Source of the DNA: Eledone cirrhosa
Lineage: Eukaryota
Assembly: GCA_964016885.1 (NCBI GenBank)
Contig: OZ024748.1
Coordinates: 44,516,001 to 44,580,000, forward strand
Length of the DNA: 64,000 nt
Direction: 5' to 3'
The first letter of the stretch is position 1; each line of letters starts with the position of its first letter. Under the pieces are notes generated by a model. It was not told where the DNA came from and did no database searches. It worked only from the letters and a program-made list of their open reading frames with translations. The translations under genes and the position numbers were made by a program. This document shows positions 62,316-64,000 of the stretch, one piece after another.

Positions 62316-64000
62316 AGCTTTTGTGTGGTACCATTAATGGTAGATGGTACTGTGGTGGTATTTAGATAGAGCAGCTTTTGTGTGGTACCACGAATTGTGG
62401 ATGATATTGTGGTGGTATTTAGATAGAACAGCTTTTGTGTGGTACCATTAATGGTAGATGGTACTGTGGTGGTATTTAGATAGAACAGCTTTTGTGTGGT
62501 ACCATTAATGGTAGATGGTACTGTGGTGGTATTTAGATAGAACAGCTTTTGTGTGGTACCATTAATGGTAGATGGTACTGTGGTGGTATTTAGATAGAAC
62601 AGCTTTTGTGTGGTACCAGGAATGGTAGATGGTACTGTGGTGGTATTTAGATAGAACAGCTTTTGTGTGGTACCACGAATTGTGGATGATATTGTGGTGG
62701 TATTTAGATAGAACAGCTTTTGTGTGGTACCATTAATGGTAGATGGTACTGTGGTGGTATTTAGATAGAACAGCTTTTGTGTGGTACCATTAATGGTAGA
62801 TGGTACTATGGTGGTATTTAGATAGAACAGCTTTTGTGTGGTACCAGGAATGGTAGATGGTACTGTGGTGGTATTTAGATAGAACAGCTTTTGTGTGGTA
62901 CCACGAATTGTGGATGATATTGTGGTGGTATTTAGATAGAACAGCTTTTGTGTGGTACCATTAATGGTAGATGGTACTGTGGTGGTATTTAGATAGAACA
63001 GCTTTTGTGTGGTACCATTAATGGTAGATGGTACTGTGGTGGTATTTAGATAGAACAGCTTTTGTGTGGTACCATTAATGGTAGATGGTACTGTGGTGGT
63101 ATTTAGATAGAACAGCTTTTGTGTGGTACCATTAATGGTAGATGGTACTGTGGTGGTATTTAGATAGAACAGCTTTTGTGTGGTACCATTAATGGTAGAT
63201 GGTACTGTGGTGGTATTTAGACAGAACAGCTTTTGTGTGGTACCATTAATGGTAGATGGTACTGTGGTGGTATTTAGATAGAACAGCTTTTGTGTGGTAC
63301 CATTAATGGTAGATGGTACTGTGGTGGTATTTAGATAGAACAGCTTTTGTGTGGTACCATTAATGGTAGATGGTATTGTGGTGGTATTTAGACAGAACAG
63401 CTTTCTGTGGTACCAGGAATGGTAGATGGTATTGTGGTGGTATTTAGATAGAACAGCTTTTGTGTGGTACCATTAATGGTAGATGGTACTGTGGTGGTAT
63501 TTAGATAGAACAGCTTTTGTGTGGTACCATTAATGGTAGATGGTATTGTGGTGGTATTTAGATAGAACAGCTTTTGTGTGGTACCATTAATGGTAGATGG
63601 TATTGTGGTGGTATTTAGATAGAACAGCTTTTGTGTGGTACCATTAATGGTAGATGGTACTGTGAAGGTATTTAGACAGAACAGCTTTTCTGTGGTACCA
63701 TTAATGGTAGATGGTACTGTGGTGGTATTTAGATAGAACAGCTTTTGTGTGGTACCATTAATGGTAGATGGTACTGTGGTGGTATTTAGATAGAACAGCT
63801 TTTGTGTGGTACCATTAATGGTAGATGGTACTGTGGTGGTATTTAGATAGAACAGCTTTTGTGTGGTACCATTAATGGTAGATGGTACTGTGGTGGTATT
63901 TAGATAGAACAGCTTTTCTGTGGTACCATTAATGGTAGATGGTACTGTGAAGGTATTTAGACAGAACAGCTTTTCTGTGGTACCATTAATGGTAGATGGT
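62316..64000. repeat. 57-bp minisatellite (~30 units, runs off window end)
   Basis: Unit agcttttgtgtggtaccattaatggtagatggtactgtggtggtatttagatagaac, with the 14-bp palindrome taccattaatggta. Confidence 0.97.

Overview
This is eukaryotic, repeat-saturated DNA. The SINE, RTE and microsatellite style suggests a coleoid cephalopod (octopus-like), which is an inference. Most long ORFs in the track are artefacts of tandem repeats. Reading the minus strand for splice signals shows a host gene that the ORF track hides: six phase-compatible exons (24673-24515, 22000-21961, 18615-18519, 11921-11818, 9914-9819, 195-118) encoding a GRAM-domain protein of the GRAMD1/GRAMD2-3 type. Its introns and upstream region hold two decayed RTE LINEs fused tail-to-tail, each with a PHD finger inside the RT region. 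They also hold several tRNA-derived SINEs (one family shares both its middle and its tail with the RTE), TTAA/piggyBac-type and hAT-type MITEs, about 12 different minisatellites, and Penelope-type minimal hammerhead ribozymes. Three highlights follow. (1) An intact two-ORF Tx1-clade LINE sits inside the internal 72-bp tandem repeat of a TTAA MITE, paralleling Xenopus Tx1L/Tx1D. (2) A 17.6-kb Thr-rich repeat array starts at a strong splice acceptor and runs into a real GRAM-gene exon, so it is either a giant exon or a satellite born from a splice site. (3) A palindrome with 145-bp arms has its only mismatch in the catalytic core of the hammerhead copy on the gene's sense strand.
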